From contig JADMKE010000047.1 of NCBI GenBank assembly GCA_018780035.1, forward strand, positions 7,823 to 71,822: a DNA stretch of 64,000 bases. Reading direction: 5' to 3'. The position numbers and the translations under genes were made by a program. The notes under the pieces were generated by a model. The model did no database searches. It was not told the origin of the DNA and saw only the letters and a list, made by a program, of their open reading frames with translations. Source of the stretch: Candidatus Sericytochromatia bacterium (lineage in GTDB: Bacteria > Cyanobacteriota > Sericytochromatia > UBA7694). This document shows, piece by piece, positions 55,437-62,970 of the stretch. Each line of letters starts with the position of its first letter. The first letter of the stretch is position 1.

Positions 55437-56653
55437 ACCAAGACCTCCTGACGGTGTAATTGTTTCTGCCAAATTTTGAGCCGGGGCAAGAGTCCGGGAT
55501 CGAGATAACTTCCCCAGGCCTGCAAATAATCGCCAAGTAAATCTTGAAGTGTCAAAGGTTCTGCATTCAATTGCTCGCGTACCCAGGCCAGATAATTCCC
55601 ATCGGTCAGTTCATAAGCCACTGCTGGAAACATCAGCGCCAAGACACTGGCGTTGTCTTGAAAGCGCAGTCCCAAATTGGCAAACAGACCCATTTTGGCT
55701 GAAAAAGACTGGTTGAAAATAAAGTGTTTTAAGCGGCGCAAACGGGTTCCCCGGTAGCCCCATTCTGCGTGCAGACTCTGTAAGATCGCCCGAGAGGGAT
55801 AGTCTTTCCAGGTAAAGTGAGAGAGCGGGGTTTCCAAGCGCCAGGCTTCAAAAGCCAAATGTCCTTGGGCGAATAATTCCAGCAATTCTTCGTTCCAGAC
55901 TTGCAAGTCATGCTGGTTAAAGGCAAGATAATCGGGCCGGTATCTGAACTCCGCTGCCTGGTGATAGGCCTGACGCAATTGCATGGGCAAATCCAGGGCT
56001 GCATTCATGCGCTGCTGTTTTTCGAGATAACTCCAATGGTAATCTCCGCGCATGAATAAAAGGGCGTCCCCCAGCCCGATAATGGCTTTCATGCCATGGC
56101 GGATGATTTGCTCACGCAGGCCCGCACTGGGTTGACCTTGGGCCAAGAGCCAACGGTTGATCAGCAGCAAAGAGCCCCGATTGACCAACAAATTGCGCAT
56201 ATCGCTGGGCAAAATATCTTCGACAGTGTAGCGAATCATCTTTGCCCATGTTTCGGGTTTGCCCAAAAGCAGGCGATGCCCAAATTTCATGTCGTAGAGC
56301 ATCACCAAACAGGGCAGTCTTTTGAGTCGGGCTTCATCGATCACAAAACTGTCGAGCGCCACCCCATAACTTTCTTCAAAAGAACGGGACTCACTTTCGA
56401 GTTTGCTGCGAATGGCATCCACTTGGGAGGCGTGGGGAGCCACCCAGACCAAATCCAAATTGTTGTGAAGGTTTTCTTGGCCATTGACCCACTGCACGCC
56501 TCCCTCTCCGCGGCCGTATCCGCCCGCGATCACCACTGCACTGTAATCTTCGCGGCTGAAACTGGCCTGAAGTCGGTTGCGTAGACCTTGAATCATAGCC
56601 TCGATCTTGTTTTCTAAGGCGGGGCTGCCCGCCACGGTCCATTTTCTGATCAT
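55433..56653 (-). CDS. hypothetical protein with a nucleotidyltransferase-fold-like N-terminus
   Basis: VVIAGGYGRGEGG ... NNLDLVWV resembles the G-[GS]-x-x-R-G-E ... D-x-D motif of Pol-beta-type NTases, with the first Asp replaced by Asn. The start is ATG 56653 (GGAGG 7 nt upstream, ATGA overlap). Confidence 0.4.
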   Translation of the reverse strand: MIRKWTVAGSPALENKIEAMIQGLRNRLQASFSREDYSAVVIAGGYGRGEGGVQWVNGQENLHNNLDLVWVAPHASQVDAIRSKLESESRSFEESYGVALDSFVIDEARLKRLPCLVMLYDMKFGHRLLLGKPETWAKMIRYTVEDILPSDMRNLLVNRGSLLLINRWLLAQGQPSAGLREQIIRHGMKAIIGLGDALLFMRGDYHWSYLEKQQRMNAALDLPMQLRQAYHQAAEFRYRPDYLAFNQHDLQVWNEELLELFAQGHLAFEAWRLETPLSHFTWKDYPSRAILQSLHAEWGYRGTRLRRLKHFIFNQSFSAKMGLFANLGLRFQDNASVLALMFPAVAYELTDGNYLAWVREQLNAEPLTLQDLLGDYLQAWGSYLDPGLLPRLKIWQKQLHRQEVLV

Positions 56654-57846
56654 ATACATGCCTCCTGAAGGGAATTTGGAATTTGGATCAACTGTTGAAA
56701 GGCTGGGATCAATCGGCTGAGATGGTGTTCGATTCTGAAGTGTTTTTGCCACATCGAAAAGCCGTTTTGGCCCAGGCGAGAGGCCAAATCTGGATTCTGT
56801 CCAAGGCGGCGGATGGCGTAAGCCAAGGCTTGAATATTGCCGCTGGGAAAGAGCAGGCCATTGACACCCGGTTTAAGCCAGGTGCGCACCCCACCGACAT
56901 CGCTGCTGATCACGGCCCGCCCGGCAGCCATGGCCTCGACCCCTGTCAGGGCAAAGGTCTCTGGCGCACGGCTGGGAATAATGACGGCCGCTGAGCTTGC
57001 GAGCCAGTTAGACAATTCATGCGGGGCCAGTTGCCCCAAAAATTTCACCCGATCATTTAATCCCAGCTTCAGGGCTTGTGCTTGGTAATCCGTAGCTTGG
57101 CGGCCTTCTCCGGCAATCACCAGTTGGGCTTGGGGCACCAGCACCAGCGCTTCGAGCAAAAGATCGAGCCCCTTGCCTGTGACCAATTGGCCCACAAATA
57201 AAAATTGCAGGGGATGTTTCACCGGGGTGGGCAAAGATTTTACAGTGGGCTCTGCAAAGAGGGGGGCTGTCAGGATGCGTTTGCTGTTAAAGCCATGGGC
57301 TTCAATGTGATTGGCAAAATAATCCGAAGCCACCACCGCCAGATCCAAGCGTTGGTTAATGGCCAAATGGCTTTTCATGGGCCCCAGGGTGCGCAGGGCC
57401 AAGCCCTCTTCCTCGCGGACAACCAGACCGGGGCAGAGATAACAGTGGGCTCCCAGGGTGCGGCTGCAGGTCTGTTTGCCAAAGCCTGTGTATTTGTGTT
57501 CACGCAGGCAAAAGAGTTGGTGATCGTGGTAAAAACGCACCAGCGGGATCCCTGTGTCTAACAGGCTTTCCAGATCTTTGCCCCAGGAAGCGCGCGCTCC
57601 GGGTTGGCGGTGGAGATAGATCAGATCGGGTTGGATTTGTTTGACTTGTTTGGCAAGCTCTACAGCTGGCCAAGCCTGTTCGAAGGCATTGAGAAAAGCC
57701 GGTTGGCTGTGTCCCGGGCCATAGAGCAGGGATGATTGAAAACCGTGGGCTTTGAGGGCCGGCGCTACCTGGGTCAGATAGCGTTCGGCACCGCCGGTGC
57801 CACGGGCCCGGTCATGAATCCAGAGTAATTTGATTGGGTTGGGCAT
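56650..57846 (-). CDS. GT4 glycosyltransferase
   Basis: N-terminal GTGGAERYL. C-terminal PETFALTGVEAMAAGRAVISSDVGGVRTWLKPGVNG. Confidence 0.85.
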   Translation of the reverse strand: MPNPIKLLWIHDRARGTGGAERYLTQVAPALKAHGFQSSLLYGPGHSQPAFLNAFEQAWPAVELAKQVKQIQPDLIYLHRQPGARASWGKDLESLLDTGIPLVRFYHDHQLFCLREHKYTGFGKQTCSRTLGAHCYLCPGLVVREEEGLALRTLGPMKSHLAINQRLDLAVVASDYFANHIEAHGFNSKRILTAPLFAEPTVKSLPTPVKHPLQFLFVGQLVTGKGLDLLLEALVLVPQAQLVIAGEGRQATDYQAQALKLGLNDRVKFLGQLAPHELSNWLASSAAVIIPSRAPETFALTGVEAMAAGRAVISSDVGGVRTWLKPGVNGLLFPSGNIQALAYAIRRLGQNPDLASRLGQNGFSMWQKHFRIEHHLSRLIPAFQQLIQIPNSLQEACI

Positions 57847-57894
57847 GTTTCTTTCCTCCTGACTCCAGCCTAACCGCTAGCGCCAGGGCAAAAG

Positions 57895-57928
57895 AATCAG
57901 CGGATGCTGGCTTTTGCGTCAGAATTTT
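57895..57928 (-). promoter_or_regulatory. bipartite locus motif, copy 3 (minus strand AAAATTCTGACG-N16-CTGATT)
   Basis: The plus strand has cgtcag at 57917..57922 and aatcag at 57895..57900. It lies 48 nt upstream of ATG 57846. Its -35-like half is part of the perfect palindrome at 57918..57933. Confidence 0.45.
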
Positions 57929-57945
57929 CTGACCCCCCAAGCGGG

Positions 57946-57978
57946 TATTCTGACAATTTTCAGGGTCAGGCTCTGACT
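57946..57978 (+). promoter_or_regulatory. bipartite locus motif, copy 2 (TATTCTGACA-N17-CTGACT)
   Basis: CTGACA at 57950..57955 and CTGACT at 57973..57978. It lies 57 nt upstream of ATG 58036. Confidence 0.45.
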
Positions 57979-58035
57979 GCTTTCAGGCCTGCTCTGCCAG
58001 GATAATCAAGGTATCCAAAACACTGAGGTGAAAAT

Positions 58036-59196
58036 ATGAAACGCAAATTGGCCCTGTTTACCTTCTTCGACGCCCTGGGCTGGGAAATCTACAAACACTA
58101 TGGTTTTATGGCTGACGAAGTGCGCGATGCCCGCCCTTTGCAAACCGTCTTTGGTTTTTCTTCAGCCGCAGACCCGAGCATACTCTCGGGTCAGTACCCC
58201 GAAGCCCATGGGCATTGGTCGAGCTTTATCTACGATCCAAAAAACTCCCCCTTTAAACTGATGAATATGGTCAAACACCTGCCCCGCAGCCTCTTCGACC
58301 GCTGGCGGGTGCGGCATTGGCTGAGCAAATTATTGGCCAAGGCCTATGGCTTTACCGGGTATTTTGAAATTTATTCAGTGCCTTTTGGGGTATTGCCCCA
58401 TTTTGACTATCTCGAAAAACGGGATTATTTTGTGCCGGGGGGTATTTTAAAGGGCGACACCATTTTTGATTGGTTGAGTCAACGGGGCATTGCCTATCAC
58501 TGCTCCAATTGGCGTTTGTCTGAAACAGAAAACCTGGCCGCGCTCCAGCAAGAGATATCCAAAGGCGAGATCCAATTTGCCTATCTCTATTTGCCCGCCC
58601 TGGATGGTTTGATGCATGGGGTGGGCACGCGTCACGCCAAAGTGGCTGAGAAACTGCGCTGGTACGAAGGGGAAGTGAAAAAAATCTTGGCCCAGGCCCG
58701 CGAAAACTACGATGAAGTGAGCTTTTATGCCTTCTCGGATCATGGCATGGCAGATGTGGTGGGCAGTGTTGATCTGATTGCCGTGATCGAGAAACTCGGC
58801 TTAAAATTTGGCCAAGATTATGTGGCCATGTACGATTCCACCATGGCCCGTTTCTGGTTTCCCAACCCAGCTGCACGGGCCCAGATCGAACAGGCGCTGG
58901 CCCAAGTGCCCGAAGGCCGGGTCTTGGCTGGGGCAGACCTCAAACGCTGGCACTGTGAGTTTGGTGATACCCGGTTTGGTGAGCTGATCTTTTTGCTCAA
59001 ACCCGGTCTGCTGATTGTGCCCAGCTTTATGGGGCTCAAAGCCATTCCCGGCATGCACGGCTATGATCCCAGCCACAAAGATTCTTATGCCTGCGTGCTT
59101 TCCAACCGGGTCTTGCCCAAAAACATCCACGATTTAACCGATCTGAGAGGCCTGATGGAGGCCGAGATCAAACAGGGTTTGGAGGTTGGCGTATGA
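58036..59196 (+). CDS. alkaline-phosphatase-superfamily protein (nucleotide pyrophosphatase/phosphodiesterase-like)
   Basis: FDALGWE, FGFSSAADPSILSGQYPEAHG, FSDHGM and GMHGYDP are AP/NPP-type metal-site segments. Confidence 0.75.
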   Translation: MKRKLALFTFFDALGWEIYKHYGFMADEVRDARPLQTVFGFSSAADPSILSGQYPEAHGHWSSFIYDPKNSPFKLMNMVKHLPRSLFDRWRVRHWLSKLLAKAYGFTGYFEIYSVPFGVLPHFDYLEKRDYFVPGGILKGDTIFDWLSQRGIAYHCSNWRLSETENLAALQQEISKGEIQFAYLYLPALDGLMHGVGTRHAKVAEKLRWYEGEVKKILAQARENYDEVSFYAFSDHGMADVVGSVDLIAVIEKLGLKFGQDYVAMYDSTMARFWFPNPAARAQIEQALAQVPEGRVLAGADLKRWHCEFGDTRFGELIFLLKPGLLIVPSFMGLKAIPGMHGYDPSHKDSYACVLSNRVLPKNIHDLTDLRGLMEAEIKQGLEVGV

Positions 59197-61085
59197 AACC
59201 CCAAGCCTTGCTTTATGTTGCGATGCCTTATGATCAGGGCAAATCGGGGATCTCCGAATACATCCGAGCCACTTTGAGCGAATTGTCAAAACTTTCCCCG
59301 ATTCAGCTGATCGCTTTAAAATCTGATCTGCCTGAATTAACCCCCTGTTTGGCACCGGGTGCTCACCAAATCATCGCCTTGAACCTACTTTGGGGGAACC
59401 CCCTGTTGTCTTTGCTCTGGTTTTTGCTGGTCTTGCCTTTTCGTTTGCGCAAATTAGCCCCCCGTGGGGTCTTTATTCCTGCCGGCAATCGCCGCTTATT
59501 GCTGCAAAAGGCCTTTCCCCAGATCACCACCATTCACGATCTGGCCCCTTTGCGCCTGACGAAAAAATACGATCCCCTGCGCCAATTTTATCTCACCCGG
59601 CTGCTGCCAAATATGTTAAAGCGCGCAGGCAAATTGGTGGCGATCAGCCAGCAGACCGCCGACGACTTAATTGAATTGGCAGGCATAGCGCCTGATCAGA
59701 TCGCTTTGGCAGCCAATGGTTATAACGCAAGTCGCTTTCTGCCAGCGTCTGCCGCTGACGATTTTGAAAGGCTCAGGTCTTTGGGCTTGATGCAGTCAGA
59801 GACCACACCGACAGATTATCTGCTCTATGTGGCGCGCATTGAACATCCTGGCAAGAACCATATTGGCTTATTAGAGGCTTGGATGGCTTTGCCTGCGGCC
59901 TTGCGGAAGCAGAATACCCTTGTATTGTGCGGCAGCGATTGGAAAGGTGCCGAGGTTGTGCATCAATGGGTTGCGGCCCATCAACCTGAAAACGTGATCT
60001 TTACAGGCTTTGTCTCCGAGGCGGATTTACCTGCCCTCTATCGCCATGCCCAGCTCTACCTTCAGCCTTCACTTTATGAAGGTTTTGGTCTGCCCTTGGT
60101 CGAGGCCATGGCTTCGGGCTGCCCTGTTTTGAGTTCCAATCGGGGGGCCTTGCCAGAGGTCGGGGGCGATGCCGTCTGTTTGGTGGACCCTTTAGAAGCG
60201 GGGGCCTTGGCCATGGCTTTGCTGAATTTGCTGACAGACCCGGCAGCCCGCAAGCAGTTGGCCGACAAGGGCTTGCGCAGGGCGCAGGCCTTTAGCTGGG
60301 AGCGCCATGCCCAGATTGTCCTCCAGGGATTGGCTCCCTCACCCTCCCTGCGTCTCCAGGGGTTGAATCTGCGCAATGGTCATCTGACTGAGGTGTTGGC
60401 AGAAATGGCCGAGCGCATTCGCTCCCGCATCCCGACCCGCCTGTTTTACGTCAATGCAGACTGCCTCAATTTGGCCTGGTCAGACCGGGATTATCGCCAG
60501 GCCTTACAAACGGCCGATCTGCTTTTGCCCGACGGCAGTGGGGTGGCCTTGGCGGCCCGCCTGACAGGTCAAAGCCTGATTGAAAACCTCAATGGCACAG
60601 ACATGTTTGTGCCCCTGTGTGATAAAGCGATTGAAAACGGCTGGCGCGTCTGGTTTTTGGGCGGAAGGCCCGAGGTCAACGAGGCTTTGTATGAGAATCT
60701 CAAACAGCGCAAGCCTGCCTTGCAGATTGCCGGACACCACCATGGCTATTTTGATCCCCAGACTGAAGCTGAAATTGTGGCAAAGATCCGGGCCGATCAA
60801 CCTGATTTGCTCTTTGTGGCCATGGGGGCTCCGCATCAAGAGCGTTGGATTTCCAAATATGCTGATGTCTTGCAAGTGCCCATCATGCTGGGGGTCGGCG
60901 GTCTGTTTGACTTCTATTCGGGCCGTATTCCGCGTGCGCCATTGATGCTGCGCAAATTGGGTCTGGAGTGGACCTGGCGACTTTTACAAGAGCCCCTGCG
61001 GCTCTGGCAGCGTTATTTAATTGGCAATCCCCTGTTTGTGCTGCGCACATTGCGCACAGGCCGACAGTCCCCCCTGCGCGTGTGA
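59193..61085 (+). CDS. bifunctional glycosyltransferase: N-terminal GT4 fused to a C-terminal WecG/TagA/CpsF (GT26) domain
   Basis: GT4 segment LYEGFGLPLVEAMASGCPVLSSNRGALPEVGGDA. GT26 segment FYVNADCLNLAW...LLLPDGSGVALAARL...FLGGRPEV...LLFVAMGAPHQERW...GVGGLFDFYSGRIPRAP...GLEWTWRLLQEP. There is an ATGA overlap with the upstream gene. Confidence 0.85.
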   Translation: MKPQALLYVAMPYDQGKSGISEYIRATLSELSKLSPIQLIALKSDLPELTPCLAPGAHQIIALNLLWGNPLLSLLWFLLVLPFRLRKLAPRGVFIPAGNRRLLLQKAFPQITTIHDLAPLRLTKKYDPLRQFYLTRLLPNMLKRAGKLVAISQQTADDLIELAGIAPDQIALAANGYNASRFLPASAADDFERLRSLGLMQSETTPTDYLLYVARIEHPGKNHIGLLEAWMALPAALRKQNTLVLCGSDWKGAEVVHQWVAAHQPENVIFTGFVSEADLPALYRHAQLYLQPSLYEGFGLPLVEAMASGCPVLSSNRGALPEVGGDAVCLVDPLEAGALAMALLNLLTDPAARKQLADKGLRRAQAFSWERHAQIVLQGLAPSPSLRLQGLNLRNGHLTEVLAEMAERIRSRIPTRLFYVNADCLNLAWSDRDYRQALQTADLLLPDGSGVALAARLTGQSLIENLNGTDMFVPLCDKAIENGWRVWFLGGRPEVNEALYENLKQRKPALQIAGHHHGYFDPQTEAEIVAKIRADQPDLLFVAMGAPHQERWISKYADVLQVPIMLGVGGLFDFYSGRIPRAPLMLRKLGLEWTWRLLQEPLRLWQRYLIGNPLFVLRTLRTGRQSPLRV

Positions 61086-61129
61086 AGCGCGTTTATACAG
61101 CGTTTTGTCGACTTTTTACCTCAGACTTT

Positions 61130-61153
61130 GGCGGCTTTCGGGCCGCTTTTTTT
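61130..61153 (+). terminator. rho-independent terminator
   Basis: GCGGC (61130..61134) pairs with GCCGC (61141..61145) around a 6-nt loop TTTCGG, which reduces to a TTCG tetraloop if T61135 and G61140 wobble-pair. Eight Ts follow. It lies 45 nt after the stop at 61085. Confidence 0.7.
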
Positions 61154-61221
61154 TGTGTGGGTTTGTTGATGGGGGTTGTTTATGATTTTCGGGATGGGTG
61201 TGTTCATTCCAGACTGTAGGG

Positions 61222-61255
61222 ATTTTCTGACAAGCGAAGACACAAGCCTCTGATA
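61222..61255 (+). promoter_or_regulatory. bipartite locus motif, copy 4 (ATTTTCTGACA-N17-CTGATA)
   Basis: CTGACA at 61227..61232 and CTGATA at 61250..61255. It lies 60 nt upstream of ATG 61316. It matches copy 1 at ATTTTCTGACA and at CTGATAGG. Confidence 0.45.
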
Positions 61256-61315
61256 GGACACAGCTCGGGGAGAATCTAGACTAAAGGTATCACACCATTT
61301 TTGGAGGAATTGTTT

Positions 61316-61672
61316 ATGTATATTGAAGTTGAATACATGCCCCAACTGAACCGCGCCACGCTCTATCTGGAGGGCAATTTAACGGCGGCCACCCACCGCC
61401 AATTCGAAAAGAATTTTGAGCCTGTTTTGTCGCAAGCAGCTGTGATTGTGCTGGATTTAAGCGAAGTCAAAATACTCGACAGCACAGGCCTTGGGGCTTT
61501 GATTCGCTGTTTAAAACTCAGTTTAAACGCCAAAGCCCGCCTGATTCTGACCGGGGTTCAGCCTTCACCCCGGATGGTCTTGGAATTAACCCGCACAGAC
61601 CAATTGTTTGAAATCTATGATTCTCAAACAGCGGCCTTTGTCAGCTTGGAAATGGAGGCAAAAATCGCATGA
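61316..61672 (+). CDS. STAS-domain protein (anti-sigma-factor antagonist, SpoIIAA/RsbV-like)
   Basis: 118 aa. LDLSEVKILDSTGLGALI contains the phosphorylatable Ser context D-S-T-G. GGAGG lies 8 nt upstream of ATG 61316; the ORF-track start at 61301 is TTG. Confidence 0.85.
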   Translation: MYIEVEYMPQLNRATLYLEGNLTAATHRQFEKNFEPVLSQAAVIVLDLSEVKILDSTGLGALIRCLKLSLNAKARLILTGVQPSPRMVLELTRTDQLFEIYDSQTAAFVSLEMEAKIA

Positions 61673-62970
61673 AAGGCGTCATTATTTTTCAGGATAATCA
61701 AATATCTGAAAATTTAATTGCTTTAATGCCTGGTCAGAGCCCTTGGCTCTTGCCTGTTTCTGGCAAGCCGATTCTCGAATTCCAATTGGAAACCCTGGCC
61801 TGTATGGGCATACGAGAAGTGCTCATGATTGGCGCTGGCCCGAGTATCAGCCGCAAATATGGCCAGGGTCAGTCTTTGGGGCTGCAATTGGACTATGCAC
61901 CTGCAGTTTCTAATCTAGATCTGTCTTTGGTCTTGCGCCGCAATCTGCAATTTGTGACTGGGCACGATTTGGTCTTGATCCAGGGTTTAAAATTGACCCT
62001 GCCACAACATGCTCCCCATTGTCTGCGTCTGACGGGCTCTCAGCGTTTGGGTGAGGGGGTCTATGCCTTGTCTGCCAAAGAGTTGCCCCAGATTTTGCAC
62101 GACGCAAAGAATTTAAATGACCTGCCCCTGAATGCCAGTTTGGATATTCACCCCATCACCGATGCCCAATCGTATTTGGCTGGGCATTTTTGGTTGGCAG
62201 AAAAAGGGCTCAACGGTCTGAGCTTGCCCGCTTATGGCCAAAAACAGGGGGTTTTGATTGGGTCTCAATTGCAAATCCCAGCGGATCTTTCCCTGATGGG
62301 CCCTGGCCTGATTGCCGATGGCTGTAAATTGGCTCGCGGGGTGCAATTGGAGCAGGTTTGGCTGGGCAAAGGTGTGGTCGTGGGCCCCGGCACCCACTTA
62401 AAGCGCTGTGTGGTCTTGCCTGGTACCTGGATCGGCCCCGGTCTGAGCTTGGCAGACAAATTGGTTTCAGGTCAGACCCTGCTTGACATCTCTGCAGATA
62501 GTTTGGTTGAAATAGAAGAGTCGGCTTGGCTGGATCACATCGACCCGCCTTTTCAGAGAGATGTATCGAGCCGTGTTTTTGCAGGTTTGCTCTGGGCCCT
62601 GCAGACCCCTTTTCAAGCGCTGTTGCAGAGCGAGTGGTCTTCGCAAGATCCCCGCTGGCAGGATTTGCGGGATCGTTGGTCTGAGCGTTTGCATTTGGAA
62701 TTGCGGCCCAAAATGTGGCAGGTGGCGACAGGTCAAATGGCTTTAGTTGGACAACCGCCTGTGGCCAAAGGAGAACGCTCTGCTTACCTCGATTATGTGC
62801 CCGGCGCTTTGCCCTATTCAGATTTTTTGGGGTCTCAAGGTGAACAGGCAGAATTAGACAATGCCTGTTATCCCCTGATTCGCAATTCTGGCGCAGAACT
62901 CAAAATGGCGTTGAAGATCCTGTCCAGATCACTGACAACAAACGGGGAACTCAGGCAAGATAGACAATGA
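61669..62970 (+). CDS. degenerate NTP-transferase-like - left-handed beta-helix - sugar-transferase-remnant fusion (probable pseudoenzyme)
   Basis: The N-terminus MKGVIIFQDNQISENLIALMPGQSPWLLPVSGKPILEF keeps the LLPV-GKPIL part of the sugar-nucleotidyltransferase fold but lacks G-x-G-x-R. Hexapeptide-like repeats lie around GVQLEQVWLGKGVVVGPGTHLKRCVV. The C-terminal LELRPKMWQVATGQMALVGQPP echoes [21 protein letters not shown]. Confidence 0.55.
   Translation: MKGVIIFQDNQISENLIALMPGQSPWLLPVSGKPILEFQLETLACMGIREVLMIGAGPSISRKYGQGQSLGLQLDYAPAVSNLDLSLVLRRNLQFVTGHDLVLIQGLKLTLPQHAPHCLRLTGSQRLGEGVYALSAKELPQILHDAKNLNDLPLNASLDIHPITDAQSYLAGHFWLAEKGLNGLSLPAYGQKQGVLIGSQLQIPADLSLMGPGLIADGCKLARGVQLEQVWLGKGVVVGPGTHLKRCVVLPGTWIGPGLSLADKLVSGQTLLDISADSLVEIEESAWLDHIDPPFQRDVSSRVFAGLLWALQTPFQALLQSEWSSQDPRWQDLRDRWSERLHLELRPKMWQVATGQMALVGQPPVAKGERSAYLDYVPGALPYSDFLGSQGEQAELDNACYPLIRNSGAELKMALKILSRSLTTNGELRQDRQ

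Noticed and set aside
58352-58876. 174-aa minus-strand ORF, and the neighbouring ORFs 58447..58743 and 58801..59130
   Set aside because: They are antisense shadow frames inside the AP-superfamily gene. The products are Arg/Pro/Ser-rich with no motifs.
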